A stretch of 64,000 bases of DNA from Ruditapes philippinarum (lineage: Eukaryota): assembly GCF_026571515.1 (NCBI RefSeq), contig NW_026855294.1, positions 806,001 through 870,000 of the forward strand, written 5' to 3'. A model generated the notes under the pieces. That model was not told the origin of the DNA. It saw only the letters and a list, made by a program, of their open reading frames with translations, and searched no databases. Positions 24,743-35,381 of this stretch are shown here, piece by piece. Made by a program: the position numbers and the translations under genes. Numbering within the stretch: position 1 is the first letter of the stretch; the number at the start of each line of letters is the position of its first letter.

Positions 24743-25219
24743 ATGGCAAGTAACATTAATGATCTTAGAAAATTTATCTCAGAGTCTGTGTGTGATATTG
24801 ATATTCATTTGAAGGCAGCGGGATATGACATGTTTGCTGCTGATAGACAAGCAGGAACTCAGACCCTGGAATTGATTAGGAGTAAAGTAAAAGAAATGGA
24901 GGAGAAATCCAAGCAACGGATTTCAAACATTGAGAGGTCCATGCACTCTCTTGAGCACCAGCTTAGAGTGAAGGATCAGCGCAATTACCATCTGGAGAAG
25001 GCCAATGAACGGCTTACTGCTGAAAACAACAGGTTAAAGCAGGAATTGGATGACTTCTTTCCAACCATCGCAGACACAAGTATTCTTAATGTTAGCATGA
25101 ATGCCTCCCAGGATGATTCAGATGACAAGAGTGAAATTGCTGGCTCAAGTAGTCATTTTGGTGCCTGGCAGGATGATGTCAAGAGTGACACTCCAGACAA
25201 GAAACAGAAAACCGCATAG
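24743..25219 (+). CDS. Helentron accessory ORF: 158-aa orphan coiled-coil protein with an acidic tail and a C-terminal basic NLS-like motif
   Basis: AAAATGG start context with acceptor TTTGCAG ending at 24729. Higher GC than the flanks. Heptad pattern (LEHQLRVKDQRNYHLEKANERLTAENNRLKQEL) and PDKKQK near the C-terminus. Confidence 0.7.
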   Translation: MASNINDLRKFISESVCDIDIHLKAAGYDMFAADRQAGTQTLELIRSKVKEMEEKSKQRISNIERSMHSLEHQLRVKDQRNYHLEKANERLTAENNRLKQELDDFFPTIADTSILNVSMNASQDDSDDKSEIAGSSSHFGAWQDDVKSDTPDKKQKTA

Positions 25220-25652
25220 ACTGTTGTCTCTAATCATTTTGCACAAACATTATGTTAATAGATATTATACCTGAAAGCATCAGACTCATTTGTACCTGCT
25301 GAATACTTATGTTTGTATTGTTACATCAAGCAGATGAACTTAGTGGGAAAAAACATTTATCGTTGAAAATTTAGTGGGAAAAAACATTTATCGTTGAAAA
25401 TTTGTTTGAACTCTAAAACAGTGACTGTCTACGTGTTGATTAATTGATTGATTCTTTGTATTGCTTATATATTTTGTTTTGCATATTGCAGGCAAAAGGT
25501 GACTTGTATAGTTGCATACAGAAGGAGTGTATGTCTGTGATTTATTCACTTTATGTTAAGAAATGTTTGCTTGTTGTTAAAATTGTATATGTAAATTGTA
25601 AATTGTATATGTGTACTAATAGTTTTGAATAAATCTTTTTTCAGATTGAACA

Positions 25653-28600
25653 ATGCCTAAGTTGAAGAAAAAATCAGATAATCAAAAGCACGCCCAAGAC
25701 AGGGAGAGGAAGCGCAGGATTTCTTTACAAAATGTATCTCAAACTAGTGACACTGACACTTATCATAATGATATGAACACTGTTTCTGTTAATCAGTCAA
25801 CACAACATTTTGTTTTCAACGCTGTGGACTTAATGTGGCAAATTCAAAAGTGTCTGGATATAAATACACGTTTCAACAGTTCATTAAACATAATACAAAA
25901 TCTCCAAAGCAGAATATCTCAGGAAATTCATGAACCTACAATATGTATTAAAGTTAAAGGGGATGGAAACTGCTTTTTTCGATGTATTGCTTATGTGCTA
26001 TGTGGAGACGAAAGCTTTCATACCCAAGTTAGACAGACAGTGCTTTTACATATGTGCTCCAGTTCCCAGATACTAACTTCACTCTTGCCACCAAATACAA
26101 CCATGTCACAATACATAGCTAGGTCAAAGATGTCTGAAGATAAAGTATGGGCAACACAGGTTGAGATAATATCCACAGCTCACTTATTACAGACTGACAT
26201 ATATACATACTCAAAATATGGACATGAACTGAAATGGTTAAAACATACTGCACAGTTCGTAGACAATACACTCCAGATAAATGAAAAAGCAGTTTATTTA
26301 GACCACCATACAGGTATTCATTTTGATGTTGTACTTGATGTTGGAACATCAGTGTCTAGTGATTCTACAGCTGAAAAAACTTTTCTGTGGAGTGAATTGT
26401 TGAAGCAAGAAAGTCGGCAAATATACAATAAGTACTACAAGCAGGCCCAAAGACAATGTGCTGAGTACAAAAACAAAGAAAACAGAAGCAGGAATGAAGG
26501 ACGCTCTTCAAAAAGAACCAATAGTGAGTACAGACTGTTACAAAACCAGCGTAGGAATGAAACACGTTCTTCCAAAAGAACTGACACTGCATACAGACAC
26601 TCAGAAAACCAGCGTAGGAATGAAACACGCTCTTCCAAAAGAACCGACAGTGCATACAGACACTCGGAAAACCAGCGTAGGAATGAAACACGCTCTTCCA
26701 AAAGATCCGATAGTGCATACAGACACTCAGAAAACAAGCGTAGGAATGAAACACGCACTTTGAAAACTACCAGTAGTGACTACAGACAATTACAAAACAA
26801 GCGTAGGAATCAAACACGTTCTTTGAAAAGAACCGATAGTGACTACAGACACTTGGAAAACCAGGGTAGGAATCAAACACGTTCTTTGAAAAGAAACGAT
26901 AGTGACTACAGACATATGGAAAACCAGGGTAGGAATCAAACACGTTCTTTGAAAAGAACCAATAGAGACTACAGACATATGGAAAACCAGGGTAGGAATC
27001 AAACACGTTCTTTGAAAAGAACCAATAGAGACTACAGACATATGGAAAACCAGGGTAGGAATCAAACACGTTCTTTGAAAAGAACCAATAGTGACTACAG
27101 ACAGTCCGAAAATGAAGATAGAAATGAAAACCGTAAAAGAAAACGAAGCAATAGTCAATATAGACAAACAGAAAATGATCACAGAAAAAAATGGAGATCA
27201 TCGTCACATCGAAAGCAGAGAGAATTACTTTTAAAGCGTAAACAAAGGCAGAAAAAAAGGTCAGAGCAATCATCGCTACAAACACAAGTACAGCTATTCA
27301 ATGATCTTTTAAATAGAGGAGATGACTTTGTGTGTACAAGCTGCCAACAGACGTTTTACCAGCACAGTGTCTACACAGTGAGTAGAAAAAGTTTAATCAG
27401 GAAAGGAATATCACCCCAGTTTATAGACAAAGTGTTAACAGATTATAAGAGTGTTTTAAATTCAGAATGGATATGTAAAACCTGTTACAATTACATCTCA
27501 GATGAGAGAATGCCTCCAATGGCTGTTGCCAATGGGTTCTTACTTCCACACCTTCCAGATTCACTATCTTCTCTTAGTCCAACAGAAACAGAGGAGCGAT
27601 GTACAGCATTGAGGATCCCATTCATGCAACTGAAACAACTGGGCATTGGAAAACAGTTTGGCATCTATGGAAACACTGTTAATGTACCAATGAACCCCTC
27701 GAGTGTAGTGTCTATGCTCCCAAGAAGATTTGAACAAACAGAGACTATACACCTTCAGTTCAAGAGAAGACTTCAGTTTAAATCTTCAGTATATTATGAA
27801 ACAGTCAGGCCAAAGGTAATATATGACTTCACCAAATACTTTGTAGAAAACAGTGACTTATACAAAGAAGAGGGAGTTACATTGGATAATGAATGGTATA
27901 AAGAAGCACAGGACAAAAAAGAAATTTCCTTTTCTTCTGTGGAAGATATTGAAAATTTACAAACGGAAGACACTAACAAAGAAAAGCAGGAGAGTACTGA
28001 AGAGGATACTTGGAATGAATTGACCGAAGAAGAACAGGCAGGTGCAGGGAACAAGGACACCTTGATGCAAAATGTTGACTTTGCAGATGATGGTCTTCAT
28101 GCACTGCAGATAGCGCCTGGTGAAAAGAACCATCCAATAAGTCTATTTATGGACACTTTTGCTGAGGAGAAGTCTTTTCCTATCTTGTTTTGTGGCAAAA
28201 AAAGAATCGAAAATATTGAACGGACTGTACCAGTAACTTACAGTTCAATATGTAAAGCAGAGTTAAGGAATGTGGATACAAGATTCTCTAAATCCGTCCC
28301 AAATATGTTTTTCAAACTTAAAAAATTACAGGCATTGCAAGTAAGAGATTTGGCTACAACTGCTCTCAGAAAATCTAAGAATGTTTCATATACTGCGGGA
28401 GAACTGAAAATACCAGAAAACATTCAAAACATCCTACATCATGATGACGGATTTCGATTTCTAAAAACTCTTCGATCTTCTCCACCATACTATCAGACAA
28501 AACAAAAAGATTTGTTTGCCATGATCAACCAGCTAGGCTTGCCAACATTCTTTGCCACTTTCTCTGCAGCAGAAACAAGGTGGCCAGATCTGTTAAAACT

Positions 28601-31600
28601 TCTCTGTAAAAAGTCTGGCAAAACTGTTACTGAACAGGAAATAGTCAACCTGAACTGGATGGAAAAGTGTCAACTGATACAAAACAATCCAACCACATGT
28701 GCTAGACACTTCCATTACAGAACTAAGTTGTTTTTAAACAACTTCCTCACATCAGATATCTCACCTATTGGGAAGGTGGAAGATTTCTTTATCAGGGTGG
28801 AATTTCAACAAAGAGGGTCCCCTCATCTACACTGTTTGTTCTGGGTAAAGGATGCCCCTGTGTATGGCTCCTCTCCAGAAAAGGACATAATTGAATTCAT
28901 TGACAACAATATCAGCACAAGTTCTGATGTTCATGAAGATGCAAAACAGTTTGTACAGTTACAGATGCATCGCCATTCCCAGTCATGTAAGAAGAAAGGG
29001 AAAGAGATATGTCGATTTGGATTTCCCCTCCCACCAATGAAGGAAACTTTGATAATGGAACCATTTTCTTCTGACACGGAAAAGGAAGTTTTGAAAGCAG
29101 CCAAACAGAACTATGAGAAAGTACTGAAAGTGTTAAAAGCACTACCTAAGGATGCAGAACTAACATTTGATCAATTCATTGGACAGTGTGAGCTTACCTA
29201 CGACCAGTATCTTGGCGCTGTTAGGTCATCATTGAAGAGGAAACAGGTACTTCTGAAAAGAGCAGTGAAAGATGTGAGAATGAATGCATACAACTTGAAT
29301 GTATTAAAAATCTGGCAGGCAAACACAGACCTTCAGTATGTGCTAGATCCTTGGGGAGTTTGTGTGTATATTGCGAGTTACATCATGAAATCACAGAGAG
29401 GAATGAGCCTGCTTTTACAGAGAGCAACGGAGGAAGTGAAAAAAGGAAATTTAAAGCTAAGGGAGAAAGTCAGACACATCGCCAACAAGTTCTTAAATCA
29501 TTGTGAAGTCTCTGCCCAGGAAACCGTTTATTTGTTGCTACAGCTTCCTCTCACTCAGAGCTCAAGAAGTGTGATTTTTATAAATACCTCCCCACCAGAA
29601 AAACGTGTAGAAATTCTGAAGCCATTGTCACAAATAGAACATCTTCCTGATAGCTCTACAGATGTAACATGTTCTGGATTGATTGACAGGTATGCTGATA
29701 GACCAAAAATATTAGAACAGCTATGTTTAGCAGAGTTTGCCGCATTCTTTGAAAAAAAACCACGTTTAAAGAAAGAAACTGGAAAAGAAATTCCAACTGA
29801 AATAGATAACACAGACAACAATGTTGACATTGTAACACCAGGCACTGAGATCAAATTGGCAGATGGAAGTCGACTTGTACATCGCAAGACACCTAAAGTG
29901 ATACGCTATGTGAAATTCAATGTATCAAAAGACACAGAGATGTATTACAGAGAACAGCTGATGTTATTCTCACCTTTCAGGGAAGAAATGAAGCTAATGG
30001 GCACATCAGACAGTTTTGAAAGCCAGTATAAACTCTTAGAGGAAAAAATAACCAACAAACGCCATCAATTTCAGATTGGTACAGAAGGTATAGAAGAGGC
30101 TATGAATGCAGTATCAGAAGAAATGATCAATGATGAATTAGATGACATTGCACCAGTTGCCAGGCAGTCTGAAGAAGATGCCGTTTTACAAAAGGAAGAT
30201 CCTGTTTCCATGCTGCAACCTCCACATGAAAAATACAAGCACTTTGATATAGGGTCTTTTAAAGACTCACCAGAAGCAAATACTCGGGGATGCATTATCC
30301 AGAACAGAGTGTCAAATGAAGATTTTTTCTCTATGGCAGTGTCTTTGAATGAAGAGCAAAAGAAGTTTTTTTATGAAGCATTACACAGAATTAAGACAAC
30401 AACTGAACCATTTTACTTCTTCCTTTCCGGTGGAGCAGGAGTTGGAAAATCCCATGTACTTAAGACCATTTATCAGGCCTTGGTTCGTTATTTTGACAGT
30501 GTCCCAGGCGAAAATCCTGATGACATCAAGGTTGTTATTGCTGCACCAACTGGTAAAGCAGCGTACAATGTACATGGGAATACGCTGCACAGCCTTCTTG
30601 ACATTCCACCCAGCAATGCTTTGAGATCTTATATACCACTTAGTAATAGCACTCTCAATACCTTGCGCAGCCGTTTTTACAAGCTAAGAGTTTTAATCAT
30701 TGATGAAGTATCTATGGTCGGAGTCAACCTCTTTAATTTTGTATGTAGCAGACTGCAACAAATCTTTGATTCCACCAAGCCATTTGGAGGTATTTCACTA
30801 ATTCTTGTTGGAGATCTCTTTCAGCTGAGACCAGTTGGTGATTCATGGATTTTTGAGAATGATTCTGTTCAATATGGTCCATTATTGAGAAACCTTTGGC
30901 AGGACCTAGTCCAGCTGTATGAACTGACAACCATAATGAGACAGAAGGATGATGCCATATTTGCATGCTGTCTCAACCGCATTAGAGAGGGAAAGCAGAC
31001 AAAGGAAGACATAGATCTTATTGCATCAAGGCTATGTACCAAGGAAGACACTAATCAGTGTATTCACTTGTTTAGCACCAACCACCTGATTGACGAACAC
31101 AATCAACAAGTGTTATCATATAAGGAAGGACTGACATTCATTTCTGTTGCTGTGGACTATATACAAGGTGATGTGTCTGTTAAAGACAGGACAGCAGTTT
31201 TAGACTTTGTTAAACACTTAGAAGTTAGGAAAACTCAGAATTTGAGATTTGAACTCCAACTTAAAGAATCTGGAAACTACATGCTAACACACAATATCAG
31301 CACAGCAGATGGATTAACCAATGGTGCCAGTTGTCAAATAGAAATGGTTCAATGTTTTAATAATATACCGACAGTAGTATGGGTCAAATTTCAGCCAAAT
31401 GAAATAGGATCAGTCACAAGACAGGAACATAAGCACTTGTATGCATACAGTTCTGCAATTCACAAATCATGGACACCAATACAAAAAATCCAAAAAGAAT
31501 TTCAAACATCCAAAAACAGCAAAGTAAAAATAGTGAGAAAACAGTTTCCTCTGCAGGCAGCAGAAGCCATATCTATTCACAAATCTCAAGGTTCAACTCT

Positions 31601-32435
31601 TGATGAAGCAGCTGTGTCCTTCAGAGGTAGAATTCAGAAACACATGGTCTATGTAGCATTAAGTAGAGTCAGAACTTTAAAAGGACTTAAACTTCTTGAC
31701 TTTGATCCTAAGAAGATTACTGTTGATTATCTTGTTCAGCAAGAAATGCTAAGAATGCGGAATGAATCATCATTGCAGTGCACACAGTTCTGTCTTCCAA
31801 AGTCAAATTTTACAGTTGCATGTCATAATTCAAGGTCACTTCACAAGCATATCAACCAGTACAGGAACGACACAAGACTCACTGATGTTGATGTCCTGGT
31901 TTTACAAGAAACATGGGCATTAAAGGATGACTATAAACACCATTACCACCTGAATACTTTTCAGGATCCCTATTGCATCTACACAGAAATTGATCGGAAG
32001 AGACCACACTCTGGAACATTCATATATGTTAAAATAGGGCTTAACATTGTATCTAGTGTTCAGGCAACAGAGCCTGGCCTGGAAAGTGCATGTCTTCTGA
32101 TAGAAAAGAATGGACACCAGTTTGAAATCATAAGTGTATATTGCCATCCACCTGGAAACACATCTAAAGTTTGTAAAACAGTACAAACACTCAGAACTCG
32201 AACAGTGCCATGCATTATAATGGGAGACTTTAACATTGACCACTTACACCTCTCAAAAAGTGAGAAATTATGTCAGTTCATGGAAAGACATTTGAAAGCA
32301 AAGCCACAGATCTCTGATGAAACAACAGATTACCATTCCCTACTGGATCAGATATACTCTTCAAAACCAGCCATAAGTGCAGGAGTCCTTGAAACTGTTT
32401 GGAGTGACCATAAGATTGTGTGGGCAGCCATATAA
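25653..32435 (+). CDS. Helentron RepHel polyprotein (OTU cysteine protease, 21-aa repeats, Zn-finger, HUH Rep, PIF1-family SF1B helicase, AP-endonuclease), 2260 aa
   Basis: OTU motifs GDGNCFFR...WAT..EI...HFD. Zn motif CTSC...CKTC. HUH motif VEFQQRGSPHLHCLFW and catalytic YIASYIMK. Helicase motifs GGAGVGKS, IIDEVSM, GDLFQL, MRQ, SIHKSQG, YVALSR. EEP/APE motifs HNSRSL, LQETW, GDFN, LDQIY, SDH. No stops or frameshifts. Confidence 0.96.
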   Translation: MPKLKKKSDNQKHAQDRERKRRISLQNVSQTSDTDTYHNDMNTVSVNQSTQHFVFNAVDLMWQIQKCLDINTRFNSSLNIIQNLQSRISQEIHEPTICIKVKGDGNCFFRCIAYVLCGDESFHTQVRQTVLLHMCSSSQILTSLLPPNTTMSQYIARSKMSEDKVWATQVEIISTAHLLQTDIYTYSKYGHELKWLKHTAQFVDNTLQINEKAVYLDHHTGIHFDVVLDVGTSVSSDSTAEKTFLWSELLKQESRQIYNKYYKQAQRQCAEYKNKENRSRNEGRSSKRTNSEYRLLQNQRRNETRSSKRTDTAYRHSENQRRNETRSSKRTDSAYRHSENQRRNETRSSKRSDSAYRHSENKRRNETRTLKTTSSDYRQLQNKRRNQTRSLKRTDSDYRHLENQGRNQTRSLKRNDSDYRHMENQGRNQTRSLKRTNRDYRHMENQGRNQTRSLKRTNRDYRHMENQGRNQTRSLKRTNSDYRQSENEDRNENRKRKRSNSQYRQTENDHRKKWRSSSHRKQRELLLKRKQRQKKRSEQSSLQTQVQLFNDLLNRGDDFVCTSCQQTFYQHSVYTVSRKSLIRKGISPQFIDKVLTDYKSVLNSEWICKTCYNYISDERMPPMAVANGFLLPHLPDSLSSLSPTETEERCTALRIPFMQLKQLGIGKQFGIYGNTVNVPMNPSSVVSMLPRRFEQTETIHLQFKRRLQFKSSVYYETVRPKVIYDFTKYFVENSDLYKEEGVTLDNEWYKEAQDKKEISFSSVEDIENLQTEDTNKEKQESTEEDTWNELTEEEQAGAGNKDTLMQNVDFADDGLHALQIAPGEKNHPISLFMDTFAEEKSFPILFCGKKRIENIERTVPVTYSSICKAELRNVDTRFSKSVPNMFFKLKKLQALQVRDLATTALRKSKNVSYTAGELKIPENIQNILHHDDGFRFLKTLRSSPPYYQTKQKDLFAMINQLGLPTFFATFSAAETRWPDLLKLLCKKSGKTVTEQEIVNLNWMEKCQLIQNNPTTCARHFHYRTKLFLNNFLTSDISPIGKVEDFFIRVEFQQRGSPHLHCLFWVKDAPVYGSSPEKDIIEFIDNNISTSSDVHEDAKQFVQLQMHRHSQSCKKKGKEICRFGFPLPPMKETLIMEPFSSDTEKEVLKAAKQNYEKVLKVLKALPKDAELTFDQFIGQCELTYDQYLGAVRSSLKRKQVLLKRAVKDVRMNAYNLNVLKIWQANTDLQYVLDPWGVCVYIASYIMKSQRGMSLLLQRATEEVKKGNLKLREKVRHIANKFLNHCEVSAQETVYLLLQLPLTQSSRSVIFINTSPPEKRVEILKPLSQIEHLPDSSTDVTCSGLIDRYADRPKILEQLCLAEFAAFFEKKPRLKKETGKEIPTEIDNTDNNVDIVTPGTEIKLADGSRLVHRKTPKVIRYVKFNVSKDTEMYYREQLMLFSPFREEMKLMGTSDSFESQYKLLEEKITNKRHQFQIGTEGIEEAMNAVSEEMINDELDDIAPVARQSEEDAVLQKEDPVSMLQPPHEKYKHFDIGSFKDSPEANTRGCIIQNRVSNEDFFSMAVSLNEEQKKFFYEALHRIKTTTEPFYFFLSGGAGVGKSHVLKTIYQALVRYFDSVPGENPDDIKVVIAAPTGKAAYNVHGNTLHSLLDIPPSNALRSYIPLSNSTLNTLRSRFYKLRVLIIDEVSMVGVNLFNFVCSRLQQIFDSTKPFGGISLILVGDLFQLRPVGDSWIFENDSVQYGPLLRNLWQDLVQLYELTTIMRQKDDAIFACCLNRIREGKQTKEDIDLIASRLCTKEDTNQCIHLFSTNHLIDEHNQQVLSYKEGLTFISVAVDYIQGDVSVKDRTAVLDFVKHLEVRKTQNLRFELQLKESGNYMLTHNISTADGLTNGASCQIEMVQCFNNIPTVVWVKFQPNEIGSVTRQEHKHLYAYSSAIHKSWTPIQKIQKEFQTSKNSKVKIVRKQFPLQAAEAISIHKSQGSTLDEAAVSFRGRIQKHMVYVALSRVRTLKGLKLLDFDPKKITVDYLVQQEMLRMRNESSLQCTQFCLPKSNFTVACHNSRSLHKHINQYRNDTRLTDVDVLVLQETWALKDDYKHHYHLNTFQDPYCIYTEIDRKRPHSGTFIYVKIGLNIVSSVQATEPGLESACLLIEKNGHQFEIISVYCHPPGNTSKVCKTVQTLRTRTVPCIIMGDFNIDHLHLSKSEKLCQFMERHLKAKPQISDETTDYHSLLDQIYSSKPAISAGVLETVWSDHKIVWAAI
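26463..27200 (+). repeat. Coding 63-bp (21-aa) tandem repeat, ~11-12 units, inside RepHel
   Basis: Consensus xYRHxENQxRNxTRSxKRTxS. GTAGGAAT recurs with a 63-bp period (26551, 26614, ...). Confidence 0.92.
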
Positions 32436-32894
32436 GTTACAAAGTACATCAATACGGTACATGTATTATTATTAAGAATTACTAGCTGGGTTTGTTTCGG
32501 CCACTACACAAACATGTATGAATCAGTAATTTGCATATGGGGAAAAATTGGACTGAAATTACTGACTCCTTATATATCTGTGTAATGTCAGGAACAAGCC
32601 TTATAATTGATTTATTTCATCAACCACTTTTCCTAATCATTTATTTATTTCAGTGTTTCACCATATCCTTAGTACTAAACCTGTATGATTTCTACTAACC
32701 CTACATAATGAGATCACAATCTGCATGCAACCAAAATAATGGCATCATGTGTTTTCTTCACTCCCATCTTTTATTTTTCATTCTGTCAAATCAATACTTG
32801 GACGTTGAAAACCTGGTTTCGTCGCATTGCGGCGCTTCTTGTTCTCTTTTGTTCTGTTTACAGTTAGATGGCCCCCTATCCCTATTCGGTAGTG

Positions 32895-32945
32895 GGGACG
32901 GACAAAGCGGCTACTATATGCTCACCCTTAGGGGAGCATAAAAAT
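32895..32945 (-). mobile_element. Isolated 5' terminus of another HINE-like element
   Basis: GACGGAC remnant, TATGCTC-ACCC-TTA-GGG-GAGCATA hairpin and AAAA, the same layout as the termini at 35171, 52804, 56322 and 62835. Confidence 0.5.
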
Positions 32946-33964
32946 CTATTTACATCAGTGTGGTGACCTTGACCAAAAGTAGACCTTTACCAAAAGTTAC
33001 CACCCAAGATGTCTACAAAATATTAAAGACATCAGTCATTTAATAAAGGCTGTATAAGCAAGACAGCACTGGTAACCTTGACCCCTTGTCTTTCCAAAAT
33101 TACAAGACCACTGAAGGTCTATACCAATCAAACATGAACATCATCAATTAATAAAACCTGTTTAAGCAAAAGTGTAGAGGTCTATTTTGAGCAATGGTGA
33201 CCTTGAACTTAGTGGCCCTAACTCATCATAAAGTTTGAGGATTACTCAAGGGATCTACTCACCAAATATAAAAGGCAACAGCTTGTAAATAAGGCTTCAT
33301 AAGCAAATTGTTTCAATCCATTTCTAGCAAGGATGGTCTTGTTCAATTTACCCCCAAAGTTAGATAACCTCCAAAAGTAAGTATTATATAGGGAGATAAT
33401 TAAAAAAAAAAAAGTTAGGCAGAATAATGGTTCTTGCATGGACACTGCACTTCCTATCACTGGCTGAAGATTTAATCAAGTTCTTTCAACATTTTTTATT
33501 CTCCAAACAAGTGCATTTACATTATAAAGGAATGCCATTCAAAATCTAAGTAATGTATTATGTAGAGTAATTGTTCTTTGACAATGCATTTCTTCTCACA
33601 TGTCTATAATTATGAGAAATTTCAATGCATCATTGATTACTGTTTATACTCTGAACTATCATTATTTACTCAAGGGAATATATTAAAAAGTTATGGCATA
33701 GTAGATTTATTTCAATCTATAATCCAGACTAGAGCATTATAGACATCTACATTTTTCTTTTACTTTCTTCTTATTTTTTATTATTATTTTTTTGTTAATA
33801 GAACACATATATCATGCCTACTTCCTCATGTTGTCCTTTTTAAATTATAAACCACAGCTATTTTTTCATTTGCAAAATTTGTAAAGCAGAAATGTTATAA
33901 TGGTGAAATATAAATAACTATTAATTACCAGTCTGCTGTTTGACATTTTTATGACAAAGGAAAA

Positions 33965-35171
33965 CAAGAGGGCCATGATGGCCCTGAAATCACTCACCTG
34001 TATATAGGCCCCTAGGCCAAGGCCAATTTTAAACCAGGGGCTTTTATTTGACAAACTTGGAAGACACCCATTAGAAGATGTTTCATGATAAATATCTAAG
34101 CTCTAGCTCTTTGGGGTTTATATCAGAAGAGTTTTAAAGTTTTTACTATATACATATAGGGTAAAACAATACCCCCATCACAGAGGGGCCAATTTTGACC
34201 CCAGGGCTTTTATTTGAACAAACTTGGTAGACACTCACTAGAAGATATTTCATGCTAAGTCTCTAAACTAGCTCTTTGGGTTTTTTATAAGAAGATTATT
34301 TAAGTTTTTACTATACACAAATAAGGAAAATCAATGACCCCTGGGGCGGGCCAATTTTAACCCAAGGGCCCTTATTTGAACAAACTTGGTAGACACCCAT
34401 TAGAAGATGATTCATGCGAAATATCTTAGCTAGATCTTTGGGGTTTTTAAAAGAAGATTTTTTAAGTTTTTACTATATACATATAGGGAAAAACAATGAC
34501 CCCCTGGGGCTTGGCCAATTTTTATCCCAGGGCTTTTATTTGAACAAACTTGGTAGACACCCATTAGAAGATGTTTCATGCTAAATATCTTAGCTCTAGC
34601 TCTATGGGGTTTTTAAAAGAAGATTTTTTTAAAGTTTTTACTATATACAAAATCAGGAAAATCAATGACCCCCTGGGGTTCAGCCAATTTTTACCCCAGG
34701 ATATTTATATGTACAAGCTTGGTAGACACCCACCAGTAGATGTTTAATGCTTAATATCTTAGCTCTAGCTATTTGGGGTTTTTAAAAGAAGATTTTTTAA
34801 GTTTTACTATATACAAATAAGGAAAATCAATGACCCCAAGGGGCGGGACCAATTTTGACCCCAGGGCATTTATTTGAACAAACTTGGTAGAAACTGACTA
34901 GATGATGTTTCATGCCAAATATTTAAGCTCTAGCTCTTATGGTTTTCTGAAAGAAGATATTTTAAGTTTTTTCTTTCGGATGCCATGGCTTGGAATTAAA
35001 TTCTTTGAACAATTTTTAAAATTGACTACCAAAGGAACATTCCTGTGGAGTTTGGATGAAATTTGCTTAGCGGTATATGAGGAGATGTCGTTTAAAGTAA
35101 AAGTTTACGGACGGACGCCGGACGAAAAGCGATCACAAAAGCTCACCATGTCACTTTGTGACAGGTGAGCT
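33965..35171 (-). mobile_element. Non-autonomous Helentron-type element (HINE/DINE-like) with a ~6 x 165-bp array
   Basis: The low-coordinate end has AA|CAAG, an AGGGCCAT-G-ATGGCCCT hairpin and CTCACCTG. The other end has GACG repeats and a GCTCACC...TGTCAC/GTGACAGGTGAGC fold-back followed by TAAAAA. CCAATTTT recurs every ~165 bp. Confidence 0.88.
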
Positions 35172-35381
35172 AAAAATATTAACAAACACACATAATTGTT
35201 TAACATTTTTTATTGATACATAATAAAAATTTTGACTTAAGAAGTCAAAAAAAGCACAATAAAGCTCAAAATAACCTTGAACTTTGCTCAAACATGAACT
35301 TTTTGAACATTGTTCAAGAAATAAAACATAGAAATAAAGGCAGATGTGCAAAACTAATATATGATTTGATGTAAATAAATA

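Larger units (their letters stand above)
22780..32841 (+). mobile_element. Full-length autonomous Helentron/Helitron2 (endonuclease-encoding rolling-circle transposon)
   Basis: Perfect 16-bp subTIRs AACCAGGTTTTCAACG (22780-22795) and CGTTGAAAACCTGGTT (32803-32818). The 5' subTIR folds back on GAAAACCGGGTT. A (GGCG)n microsatellite follows. The 3' hairpin CGTCGC-ATT-GCGGCG (32820-32834) precedes the end CTTG|TT. The left flank is a T-run. The RepHel-endonuclease ORF is intact. Confidence 0.93.

Noticed and set aside
26119-32243. Many antisense and alternate-frame ORFs overlapping RepHel (likewise over 12007-14271 and 43768-46029)
   Set aside because: They are shadow ORFs of long coding sequences and the 63-bp repeat.
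31805-32435. AP-endonuclease as a separate LINE insertion
   Set aside because: It is in frame with the helicase, has no RT or tail, and lies inside the subTIRs. This is the standard Helentron fusion.
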